DNA of 64,000 nucleotides, from assembly GCA_011109175.1 (NCBI GenBank), contig RDEW01000025.1, forward strand, positions 843,574 through 907,573, written 5' to 3'. The translations under genes were made by a program, and so were the position numbers. Origin of the DNA: Dicyema japonicum (taxonomy: Eukaryota; Animalia; Dicyemida). How positions within the stretch are numbered: position 1 is the first letter of the stretch; each line of letters opens with the position of its first letter. Shown piece by piece: positions 38,351 to 50,701 of the stretch. The notes beneath the pieces were generated by a model that ran no database searches, had not been told where the DNA came from, and saw only the letters and a list, made by a program, of their open reading frames with translations.

Positions 38351-38571
38351 AATATGCCATATGACTTTATAGTTGGAGATCAAGTATTTTTATGATTAAT
38401 TTTTTTGTTCCCATAGTAAAAAATTATGGAATCTGTCATAAGACTTGACCGTTTTTTAGATGCCTTATGAAGCCAGCTGAAATTACTAGTATTTTATCAT
38501 CTCCTAACTCATTCTTTTCTTTTAGTTTCCGGGATAAAATTAAATTTCACGTGTGTGTTGTCTATAAATAA

Positions 38572-41090
38572 TGTCACTGGTTGTTAAGGAAACCCGGTTT
38601 ATAAAGATAACTCGACCGCAGCACATTTTGAAAAAGAATCATTTATCACAAGAACCTAAAGCTAAAAAAAAAAAGAAAACCCATGACTTTAAATCATTCG
38701 AATCAGCGTATCGCCTAAGATCTATAAGATCAGCTATGTAACGATCTCTTGGAGCACGTGCAATAATGGGCTAAATTGGTAAGTTTGTAGCCATTAAACG
38801 TTTAAACTAAAAATACAATAATTAATATACTTGACAAAATATACATTTTTTAGGATTTGTTCTACTACCTAGCGCTTGATGCCATACATGATCTCCTAAA
38901 ATATCAAACATTCTGTCTCGTCCAAAATGGTTTTGGGTAACACACCAGATGCTTTAAAAGATTGAATTTTGATAACTCCTCCTTAGAATGTATCACAAAA
39001 CGCATTTTACACGTTAAATTAAATAAATTAAATTATTAACCCCGGCTTCGCCAGCAAGTGGGAAGCCGGCGACCATCAGAGAGCGTGCAGTCCGGACAGG
39101 CCGCTCCCAGAGATCCTCGACTTTTGCATCCGGTGGTCCAGGGCAGGGATAAAGGTCCGAACTACTCTGCCAGCCAGAAAAGGGTGGTGTCCACATCGTA
39201 GGCGAGCCAGTCCGATTCTGATCTTCCTCGGGAGCGATTGTTCCGTTGGACTGATATCAGGGGGGAAACGCTCCAAGACTTTGTTATATTGAAGTGTCCT
39301 AATGGCCCGTGTTGAGATGAAATCATGGATTCGGCGGGTCCAAGTTGAGTCTTCTTGAGGGGGGGTGATCTTCGACAAAGCTCTTTGTAGGTCAAAGAGG
39401 GTCCTGCGTATGTATCTGCGGTTATTGTTACTTAGCAGAGCGTGAACTGGGTGATTCGGGTCGAACGACTGCCGTAGGAATTGTAAATTACGCATTTCCA
39501 GGTGGTCATAGAGCGGGAGGATTTTCGACTCCCAATGTAAATGGTCGGTGGGGGTTGACTTTAAGCAGCCAGTTATTATTCTCAGCGCCGAGTTTTGCAC
39601 TTTCTGCAGTTCTTGAGAAAGGGACAAGGAGATTGAGGGGGCCCAACTTGGTGAGGCGTAGTTGAGTGTAGTCCTGATGAACTGTTTGTAGAGAAGAGTT
39701 AAGTTTTCTTTTTGCTGACCGTTTGAGTGGCCAGCTACTGCCCGTAATATGTTAAGTTTCCGCTTGGCTTTTGTCATTACTTCCTCCACTTGTCTGTTGA
39801 AACAGAGTGAAGGATCGAAGACAACTCCAAGGATCTTCGGGTATTTATTTAAGGGGAGTGGTTCGTCTCCCAACGAGAGTGTGGGGTTTAGGTTGAATTG
39901 TCTTCGATCGGTTGTGAACAGGGTAGCTGATGACTTCGAGGTGGAAACACTCATCCAGTTTAAGTTCATCCAGTCGGATAGCAAGTTCAGGTGGTACTGC
40001 ACTTTTTCGGTGGCCAGTCGAACATCGCCACTCCTGGATGCGATTACTAGATCATCGGCATATGTCAATAGTAACGTATTTTGGGTTGTTGGGATGTCTT
40101 TGACGTAAAGGTTGAAAAGTGAGGGTGAAAGGACTGATCCCTGGGGAACACCGTTTGGTAGGAGTCGATATCTTGATAGATTTGAATATAGACACGTATG
40201 ACCCAGTCTTCCCGAGAGGAAATTTGTGAGCCATGACTTCCATACAGAGGGAATATTTGAAGAATAGATCTTGTTGCAGAGGACCACACGGGAGATTCTG
40301 TCGAAAGCTTTAGTTAGGTCAATAGAGGCCAAGACAGTTCGTTCCGCGGGTTTGCAGTTGTTGAAACCGTTGGCAGATGTATTGGGTTAGTGTCAGTAAG
40401 TGCGTGTGGTGCGAGTGTAAAGGACGGAAACCATGTTGTGAGTCGGAGAGGTCGAGTAGGGGTGATTTCGTTAAGAATGATCCTTTCGAGATTTTTGAGA
40501 CAAACAGATGTTAAGGAAATTGGCCTGAACGAGGGCAAGGAGGAGGCTTTGTTGTTCTTGAGTATTTGGGATAATGTTCGACTTCTTCCATAACATCAGG
40601 ATGAAACACCTGTTGATGGAGAATTCGTAGATATCTTTAAGTGCAAGAGCCCGTTTGACGAGGTGTTTTAGGTGGAATATGCTGATCCGATCGGGTCCCG
40701 TGGCTGGTGAGTTTCTGAGTTTGTAATGAGGTTTGAACATAGACTTATTGATACTTCGAATCGTGCCTTTGTTACCCTTGGGGGTTTAGTAATATGAGGT
40801 CGATTTTCTTTATTCATGAAATATGACTCATTTTGCAATAGTGAGTCATCAAGTCATTTGCCTGGCCAGTGGAAAATCTTTCGTTTGGCTTGTCCTTTCA
40901 AGTCTACCTCCATGGGTGTGCTCGATTCGGTTTGATTTGATTGTATTTCTCTGCATTTTACACGTTAGATTTAATTAATTAATTTTTACATTTATTTATT
41001 AAAATTTTAAATGTTTTTTAATTTTATAATGGAAATTAATATTTATTCGGGGTTCCTTTATAAACCGGGTTCCCTTAACAACCGGTGACA
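38572..41090. mobile_element. TGT...ACA element with 35-bp terminal inverted repeats (Ginger-like), interrupted by a LINE
   Basis: TGTCACTGGTTGTTAAGGAAACCCGGTTTATAAAG (38572-38606) vs CTTTATAAACCGGGTTCCCTTAACAACCGGTGACA (41056-41090), 2 mismatches. Internal minus-strand MFDILGDHVWH resembles KRBA2-like FDIL..H...H. Confidence 0.5.
39017..40952 (-). mobile_element. young 5'-truncated I-group LINE with a 15-bp target-site duplication
   Basis: 418-aa RT ORF (DLTKAFD, GVPQGSVLSP, YADD, SALRIITGCLKSTP, LARLRCGH). TSD GCATTTTACACGTTA at 39002-39016 and 40953-40967. AT-rich tail. Confidence 0.92.
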
Positions 41091-41840
41091 TATAATAACC
41101 TCGAAACCATTCAAACTAGTGGAAGGCAAAAATGCATTTGGCTAAGATGAAAGTCAAAAACACAAGCTCAGAGCTCTAAATGAACACATCTAAAACGTGA
41201 GACCTGAAACCAAGAAAAAAGCATCGTCCTTGGTAGGGTCTATGATAAAACGTCTCCAGGTTATTACGAAACGTTAACGAGTTCATTGAGTTAAGTCAAA
41301 AATAGAAGAGTCCACCCTGGTATAAAAAAAAAATGTCCACCAATGAACAGAAGACAAAATTACTTGTTTGATTTTATTAGTGGACTCTTCTAAATTGTGT
41401 GCAATCAGTCGAAAATGATTGTATTGTAAGTCTGTACAAAAAAAGAATCTGGTTATAGACTGATTGAATAATATAATAGGGGGATTTGATTACATGTGAC
41501 AAACACACTAAGAAACCCAGGAGGAGAAGTAGGATTTTACAAAGGAATATTACGTTGCCTTTGATTTTTATGCTGAACCTCCGTTAATCTTTATGCTTAA
41601 CCAGAGTACTGCAGAACCAAGAAACCCATTTGGAAACAAGATCGTGATCAGCCTGAAGATAGAGATGTAGATCGAGTTCCTATGCAGACATTCCCAAAGG
41701 CATTTCGAGAAAAGATGGGATCGCTGGTGGACCTTTTTGTGACGGGGTAAAAACCATTAATATTAATTAATAAGCCAAAAAATTAATTTTTTTAAATTAA
41801 AAAATAATATTAAATATAATATTATTCATATTTACCTGAC

Positions 41841-42749
41841 ATGATAATTTCCTACAAAGTCATTTTGGTGTTATTACAATTTTGGATAATACTTTATCAG
41901 ATTTTAACAGTCAAGTGAGCCAATCATAATATTTTAGGTTCTCGTCAGACGAGAAGTAGCGGGTGAAAGAATATTATTAGTAACTGGCTACTACAGCCTT
42001 GAATATTCAGAAAAATAGGTGGTCCCCGTGGACCTAGTACATACCATATATGGATGTATAGCTATGCAAGAATTGAGAACCACCTCGTCTTTTTCTCGGA
42101 CGATCAGAAATTCCTAAAGCATATGAAAAAAATCAGAAAAAATCTTCCAACTACATTATTGTACGTGAATAGATCAGAACTGTTCGGCTTCCGGAGAATT
42201 GACGAAATCAAACGTATATTTACGCTTCCGGGATTTGGCAAAGAGCTACAAAACGGCAATTATGATTATTGTGCTGTCATGCATTCCAAGCAGGACATGG
42301 TTAGGCGGGCTATTAAGCTCTTGCATGCTAACTTTTCCTACGTCGCCTGGGTGATATTGGGCTATTTCGCCGAGTAATGTCTAAATTCAATTTCTCAGTG
42401 AGAACGTCGGAATATATGGACGAGACACGTGTGTTGATGAGTCAAGTATACAAGTTCTATGATTATCCGATCGAAACAATAGTCAAAAAAGTAAAAGTTT
42501 GGGTATCTGGCGCTTCTTTTGCAGGTCATATTGGACCAGTTTCTGCATTTTGCGATGCCTACGAAAATTTCTTTGACAAAATGATCTCCATGAATATGAC
42601 TGCCACTGATGAACAAGTAATCTACTCCATGTACTCCAGTGAGGACGTAAAATGATGAAAAACGAAGTAAAACTGAGTTTATTTCAATGCCACTATTACG
42701 ACTTTACGTACTTTTCACAAATGTGACTACGACTTCTTACTGTCCGTAA
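41841..42749 (+). CDS. HtrL/YibB-family protein, copy B (several frameshifts)
   Basis: Same exon/intron layout and motifs as copies A and C (YDYCAVMHSK, SGASFAG, TDEQVIYSMY, YCP*). Upstream ATTATTCATATTTACCTG is shared with copy A. Confidence 0.8.
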
Positions 42750-42850
42750 TGATTTGCTTGTGATCATTTTTTTAAATTAATAATTTCCCGCTTAAAATAA
42801 ATTATATTAATTTATGGAAATATATTTGATATTTGTGTTAGAACTAATTG

Positions 42851-45180
42851 GAGGACCTATGCAATCAGGTCTTTGGCAGGAGGTGCCCATATTTGGATAA
42901 TCATGGATAGAGTTACGGCAACTTGGATATGAGCCTTCGTACCTCGGAGTCTCTTAGGTCGAATATCTTTGGACATTGGAATGTGACTGATCTGCAATAA
43001 TGGACATCAAGTCGTTGCCTGAAAATCTTGGGAAGTTACTTCGATGTGGTTATCTGAGTTTGCATGTTGCATACAGGTAATGTCGTGAAAAAGGAAAGGA
43101 AGAGTACATGAGGATGACCAGCCACTACCATGAGACAGCTTTGGTGTGATTCCATTGTAAAATTTTAATTTTTTGGCGCAAGTGTTATGGTCAACATCTC
43201 CCATGTTAAGAGGATCTCATTGAAGCAATAGCTTTGTGCCCACTCGATTCCTGCCATCAGAAACTCCTTTGGGAGAACCGATAGGAAAAATCATAAACGC
43301 AATCACTCGACTCACCGACCCTTGTGAACAGACAAAGTTTTCGAAGCGCTTGAATGGGCATCGTTCGCAAAAATGACAACTGACCTTAAATATTTATTTT
43401 AGACGTCTTCTAACCCCGGGATTATTCCTTCGAGGCTCTAATGAATCAAAGACCAAGGGAAAAACCAAACTAACTAATCCCGTGATCCTGAAGTGTTCCA
43501 ATAGATCCCTTATCCAAGTACAGTGATCCAGAGGACATTGTCCGATAAAATGACGAGGGATTACTTCTTGTAGAATTTAGAACGATACCACCCGGAGGTT
43601 ATTCGGGGAGGTTGAAGTGGTGACGTACTTTTATCAGCCAAAATGTCTACTTCGCTTTTATGGTGAGTAAAATCTCAAGGTTAAGGACTCAGGAGTTAAT
43701 GGAAGTCTGGTGTACGTAAGATCTGGACTCGTATGTTTAACACACTTTTCATTGCTCTCTTCTAATCATGTTGTTTGATCGGGGAAACTGCAACATGAGA
43801 ATAGTCCGTTCAAGTCACCAGCACCTCGGAGAATTGGAGATGTTCATAGTGCTCTGTTACCTTACCCCCAACTAATCCGCTTACGTTAGTTAGAATTTCT
43901 AATAACAAGATCATCGATAAAGGTGTTAGAACGCTAAGTGATCCCAGTTTTTATTTATTCCCAGAAGATTAAAGAATGTAGGGGAACGAACAGATCCCTG
44001 AGGAACTCCATTGAGGACGTAACGATATGGGGACATATGGGAATATAAATAGGTTTGACCCAGTTTTCTGGAAAGGATATTTGTGAGTCAGGACTGCGAA
44101 ACTGGGGGATATTTGATAACCTGGTCTTGAGAAGACCAAATGAGAAATGTGGTCAAAGGTATTTGATTGAAGCCAGAACAGGAGAGATGGGAGGTTCTCG
44201 AGTGAAGGAGACGAAAGTCATGTTGTGATTTGGAAAGGTTGAGGTGGCTTGAAATCTCGTTCAAGACTATTATTTCTGGTAAGAGAAGTTTATCTGTGAG
44301 AGGAAGGGGAGGAGGAATCCTTATTGTTTTTGAGTACGGGGTAATAATCGATTTCTTCCATAACATAAGGGTAAACATGAGTTGATGAGAATTCATAATG
44401 GTCTCTGGTCAGGGTCGGAGTCAGTTAGGTCCGGTGTTTCAAGTGGAGGACCTATGCCATCAGGGTCTTTGGCAGGAGGGTTGCCCATATTTTGATAATC
44501 ATGGATTAGAGTTACGGCAACTTGGATATGAGCCTTCGTACCTCGGAGTCTCTTAGGTCGAATATCTTTGGACATTGGAATGTGACTGATCTGCAATAAT
44601 GGGACATCAAGTCGTTTGCCTGAAAAATCTTGGGAAGTTACTTCGATGTGGTTATCTGAGGTTTGCTTGGTTGTATGACGGGTAGTGTCGGTGAAAGGGA
44701 GGGAAGAGTACATGAGGGTGACCAGCCCATTACCATGAGACAGCTTTGATGTGATTCCATTGTAAGATTTTAATTTTTTGGCGCAGTGTTATGGTCAACA
44801 TCTCCCATGTTAGAAGGATCTCATTGAAGCGATAGCTTTGTGCCCGCTGGATTCCTTTGGGAGAACCGATAGGAAAAATCATAAACGCAATCACTCGACT
44901 CACCGACCCTTGTGAACAGACAAGGTTTTAAGCATTTGAAATGGGCATCGTTCGCAAAAATGACAACTGACCTTAAATATTTATTTTAGACGTCTTCTAC
45001 CCGGGATTATTCCTTCAAGGCTCTAATGAATCAAAGACCAAGGGAAAAACCAAAACTAACTAAATCCCGTGATCCTGAAGTGTTCCAATAGATCCCCCAT
45101 CCAAGTACAGTGATCCAGAGGACATTGTCCGATAAAATGACGAGGGATTACTTCTTGTAGAATTTAGAACGATACCACCC
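42851..45180 (-). mobile_element. decayed I-group LINE with an internal ~740-bp direct duplication
   Basis: 42851-43593 and 44445-45180 are near-identical. The spacer encodes VLNGVPQGSV, related to the LINE at 39017-40952. Confidence 0.75.
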
Positions 45181-45939
45181 TAGTGAGTAATGCTCACTTT
45201 TATGATGTCCCTCAATAATTTATCATAAAACACAATATCAGGTTCATTGTGGTTTACAGCAAATAAGGTCCTGTAGATTACTCTTCTCTCCTTCTACCGA
45301 CGTCATCAAATCTACCTTACTCAAGAGATGTACAATGCCTGGGATCATGGGATCAGTTAGTTCGGTTTTAAAGTTTGTCTTTGGAATAATTTAATGTTCC
45401 CGAGTAGATGACGAGTCAAATCTATAGGTCGCCACAACAAATTGACAACAAAGTAACTAAATTTCAAAATTAAAAATAACTATAATTTTATTTTTTTTAA
45501 TTGAAAAAATTAAAAAAAACTATAATTTATATTTTTGTTGGGCTTTTTAAGTTAGTCTTTTTATTAGTTTATTTTTTATTAGAAATTACTTAAATCAAGA
45601 AAATGTAATGAAAGCAAATGGCTCCGTTACTACAACAGGCTTTGAGCACGAAATGGGAATTACTCTTTAATGTTCAGAGTGAGTCGTCGTGCAACTCTAA
45701 ACTCTTTCTTCCCCAATTTCTTAGCTTAATTAAATAATTATCCTTATATTAGGCCGGTCGAGGAAGATATTCTGTGATGACCCCGGGAAGTGACAGGATT
45801 GGTGTAATGACAGGATTGGGTAAAAAATAACACACAGATAATGTTTTGAGAAAAACATGGGAGAAGAAACTAATCTGAGACTATACTCAGTTATTTCTGT
45901 GTGGAAAATATTTTTCTGTGCAATACTGGTTTATGCATT

Positions 45940-48760
45940 CTGCTTGCCATGAAACTACCAGGAAGGGAGAGCGAAGACATCGGATGGGGAGTTGGTTCCT
46001 GTATAATCAGATTAACGAAGCAGCACGGAAATATCTTGGCACATGAAATTAGAATAGGATGTGGCCGATGCCGTTTCACCCAGAGGTTGCAGAGCTTGAA
46101 GGAAACTTGGATGAAATCTGGAAGAAAAAATCCAATCCGAAAAATTTTAACATGAGAGAAAACCCGTCAAGGTGGATGACAAAATATCACAGCGAAACGC
46201 TTGCTTCAACAGTCGATCTTATCGCTGGTCGTTTCGGAAGCTTTTCAATTTTAATTAGATAATTCCTACATTTGATGGAATCCCGAGACCTTTAGAAATT
46301 AGTTCTCCCAAAAGAAGTCAAAATGGGTGGAGTGAACTCAAAAACGAAAGCTTACAGACAACTAATAAAGCTGGAGGACCGTATGAAAGCTTACGAGTCG
46401 TAATACCACTAAATTCCTTACGGAAAGTTTTGGCAAATATTGTGCTGGAACGAATAAAAGGACCCCCCAGAAAGTCAAAGAGGATTTCAAAAAGGAAAAT
46501 CAGCAGCTGATGAAGTATAGAGCCACAAATGGAGGTGCGCAACATATTCTGAGAATAGACTTATAAAAAGCAAATGGGGGGGTACTCAAATAATTTTTCG
46601 ATGAGTAAGAATTATCAGAATTCTACTAGAGCTCTTTGTGAGAATCGGAAAGACCTACTCGGAAAAAAATAAAACAAGCACCGGCACTCTTAGAAGAGAC
46701 CCTTTACAGTTCACGATATACAGTAGGACCCCGCCCCAATCAAACCCCGGCCCTGGGGCACCCTCTGTATTTGGGGCGATTTTTTAAATAAATATAATTA
46801 TAAATGATCTTTTACATTTTTTCACATTTTTCGTTCAATAAATTCAAAATAAAAACCCCGCTTTTTGGGGCACTTTCTCTATAGAAAATTTAAAAATCTA
46901 TTATTTAATTTTTATCTTTAATTTATTAATTTTCAAATAATTGTCAGCATGCCTGCGAAGCTTAGTCGTCATTTGAAACAACAGATTTTCGATTCTTTAA
47001 TAAATCAAAATATGTCAGAAAGAAAAATTTGTCGATTATACAAGATTGGAAAAGGAACTGTTTCTCGAATTAAAAAAGAAATTGGAAAGGAAAATATTTC
47101 GTTAAACAAAGAAGTATTTTTTGAGGAAGTTTCATGCAAGAAGTTTGAATCCGACCTTTCTATTCAAATTGATCGACTAGTATTCGAAGTCTTCAACAAT
47201 TTGAGAAAGGATGGATTTCAGTATCTGGATGTCTCCTCAAAAATATTGCAAAAAAGATTGCTGCCAAATTTGAGTTTAATGATTTCAAGGCATCAAATGG
47301 ATGGCTTGATCGATTTAAAAAGCGACATGAATTACTATTCGACATGAAAAAAACTCATCCGACAAAAAAAAACTTAAAGAGTTTTTTTAACAATTACGAC
47401 AGTTTATTTGAGGAATACGATAAAAAAGATATTTTTAACTGCGACGAAACTTCTCTTTTTATTAAAAAAATTCATGTAGATCATTTGTCTCTTCAAATGA
47501 TGATTGTTTTGGTAAAACGAAAAGTAAAGAACGAGTTTCAGTTCTTTTATGCTGCAGCCGTGAAGGCGAGAAATTAAAACCCCTTGTTATCGGGTAATTC
47601 AAATCCCCAAGATGCTTAAAAAACATAAATACAGAAGATTATGGGGTATATTGTGTTGGGTTAATTTTAGGTTCTATATACAGCTTCAAAAAATGCATGG
47701 ATGACGATGGATATTTTTGATACATGGCTACAAAAAATAAACTTCGAAATGGTTAAAAAAACAGGAAAATTTTGATTATTATGGATAATGCACGTTGTCA
47801 CAAATGTCAGGAATATTCAAACTTATCATTTCTTAAACTTCCTAAAATCACAACAGCACTTCTTCAACCTTAAGATATGGGGATCATAAACTCATTCAAA
47901 TCATGTTATAAGAATGTTCTTTATGAAATGATATGTCTTGACGATGCTAATGAATACTATGATGCCCTGTTGAAGATCAATATGAGACAAGTAGTCGCAT
48001 TTGTGGGAGAAGCATGGACTCGTGTAACAAAAACTACAATATTGAATTGTTGGAAAAAGATAAATGAGCAAAGAACATTTGTCCATGAAACAAATTCAAA
48101 AAAAGAATCCGAATTAATTGTTGAACATATTTCAGATTTAACAGAACTTGAAATAAATGGAATAGAAGACAATGAGGCTTTGTATAATGGAAATAATGAG
48201 ATGGATGGGCTATATTTAAAAGATACAATAAAAATTATGTATAATCTTGAATCTTCATTATTTAACATTTGTCCTGAAGAACTTAAAGAATACTATGAAT
48301 TTAGGATTAAAATTTCAAAAATGCTAAGAAACAAATATTCCATTGGGAACAAAATAACTGATTATTTTTCATAAATAAATTGATTCCTTTTTGCAATATG
48401 AAGCAAAACATTGTATTGTAAAAATAATTATTTAAAAATACGAATAGAGAGGTTAAAAATGTAATAATTTAGTATACTCTCTATATTTGGGGCACTTTTC
48501 TATTGGGGCGGGGTCCTACTGTATTTGGAAGCAGGTATTGGGGAACTCAGACCGGTGTATCGATGAAAAAATAAAAGTTACTTATGCAGACAAAGTCGAC
48601 CTAATTTACGAAAACAGCACTCTTAGAACATACATTAGAAATCGCACTGGATATACTTGGGGAATGGTTCCTAACTGTATACAGAGAGAAACAGAATTCA
48701 CGGAAATAATAAGAATTAGTAACACTCTCAAATAGAAGTGGTGATATCTAAAAAAAACTC
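45940..48760 (+). mobile_element. RTE-clade LINE relic split by the pogo element
   Basis: LNSLRKVLANIVLERI..SQRGFQKGKSAAD, GKTYSEK..TGT..FTIY | LEAG..ELRP..TYADKVDL. The halves rejoin at the TA TSD. Confidence 0.8.
46721..48521 (+). mobile_element. full-length pogo/Tigger DNA transposon (transposase disrupted in this assembly)
   Basis: Perfect 20-bp TIRs CAGTAGGACCCCGCCCCAAT (46721-46740 and 48502-48521) with a TA TSD on both sides. HTH region, FNCDET, KNAWM, MDNA..H, LQP*DMGIINSFK. Confidence 0.95.
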
Positions 48761-50701
48761 GGTTCCATTATGGGAGAAAGTGAGGATATTATAGGGAAGA
48801 TCCTTTGGATGACAACCAGGCATTGGTTGTCTCCTGAGTTAGGTAGATCCCATGACACCTTCCACCATGTAATAAGCGTTGTGGAATTTAAACCCACAGC
48901 TAATCACGATCGGTTGTTTTCTAAGAGAAGGTGAGTATTACCTCAAAAGAGGAAGCTGAATTTTTGGATTCTCACAAAAATCACCTGAAAACTAATATCA
49001 GGGTTATATAATTTTGAGGCAAAAATCTGATTTTAAACAATTTTCGTAATCGTCTGTGTCCTCAGAATGTAGATAGTCTCATCCTCTATGATCAGGCTAT
49101 AACACAAACTAAAATGTTACAAGCACTCTCAAATCTTCTGTAATACCAACCACAATCAAACTCTAACAAAGTCCCTGTTCAGACTCTCTCCCTTCCGGTT
49201 AACAAATTTCTCCCACAAACAGCCTACACAAGAGGGATTTTATGGGCGATTGGGATCATCATCTGGGAATTTTGTATAATTTTACAAAGAAACTCCATGA
49301 TGGTAGCCATATAGGCTTTTATTTGAGATTCAGTCCATAGACTTTATTTTTATAGCGACAACAGTCTTTTTTCCGGGTTCACTAGAATTACAATGACATT
49401 TTTTCGGTTTGAAAAAGATTAAGGACAGTCCCCTCCAAAGCAAATTCCCGGCAAATAAAGTCTTTAAACAGATACGCGATTTTGTATATACGAAAACCAC
49501 CCGAAGACTGGATTTTAATAAGATACTACATCGACCCCCTCCTCCGATGGACCAATCAGAATCCTTCCGAAGGAAATTCGGGTAAACCTAGCTTTTCTAC
49601 GACGTGGACACCACCCATATCTACCGACATACGTAAACTGGATTATGTAAAAGATGTCTTCTGTTCCTTTGAAACCTCTCCGAGTGGACAACAAAACATC
49701 ATTATTTTCCTGAACTTGTACGCTTTCTTCTAAAAAGCCAAAGTCGACCGATCTGGGTCCTACTTAATAGCCGCTGGTCCCCTAAAAGGCAGTGATGCCC
49801 GGGTTACTCAACTAACTAATCACTAAGAATGAAATGAGATTAATTCCCCAATGCCACGGGATCTTTTAGTCAAAGGACTTATCCCAACCGATCTCTGTAA
49901 ATTTTTTCAAACAATCTCCCATGCAAAGGTCTATAGAAGAATTCCCTGAGGCTATCAGAGACACTTGCAAGCGATCGTAGGATCGATCGTTATTAAATGA
50001 TTAATCACAGTTTTTCCAAGATTTAAGAAGCCAAGCATTCTCAGAGATCCTCCACATTTATGTCGAATCCTGGTGGTCTATGACAAGCCAAGCGATTTCG
50101 AACTTCTCTGCCAACCAGAAATAGATGATATCCACACGGTACGAGTTCCACTCTGAAGGTTCCGTGAGGAGCGGTTGAAGCTCTGATCTCAGGAGGTTGA
50201 AATTGTAAGTTGGGATCACCTAATAGTTTGACTTCCACACTTACTTTAAATTTTGAGATAAGATTAGAACCCGGATCCTCCGTGCATCCAAAACTTACTT
50301 TGTTAAGAACCTCGGGTTTCAGTATCTCCTGAGTCCATCACTAAGTCCACGGTTACAAAAAGGAAGGCATTGGTTTTAAGCAAGGTAGATATTTCACAAA
50401 ATAGAGGTACTTCACCACCTCAGCCTTCCGACCAATCAACCACTCAGCTAACTGGCAGAAGTAATATCATTTCACCTTCTTTAATCCCATTAATCGCAGG
50501 AATGAAGACAAGACATCAAAAGACTTCTTAACTTGTCCCTTTCTTTTTTGGTTGTGCGATCCCTTAGACAATCCAGCTCTGCGGTGATGTATCACACATA
50601 ACGGCGTCACTCGTCAAACCAAGAACCATCAGAAGTAACAATTTATTATAATCGATAATAAATAATTATTTTAAATTAATAAACAATAAAATAATTTAAA
50701 A

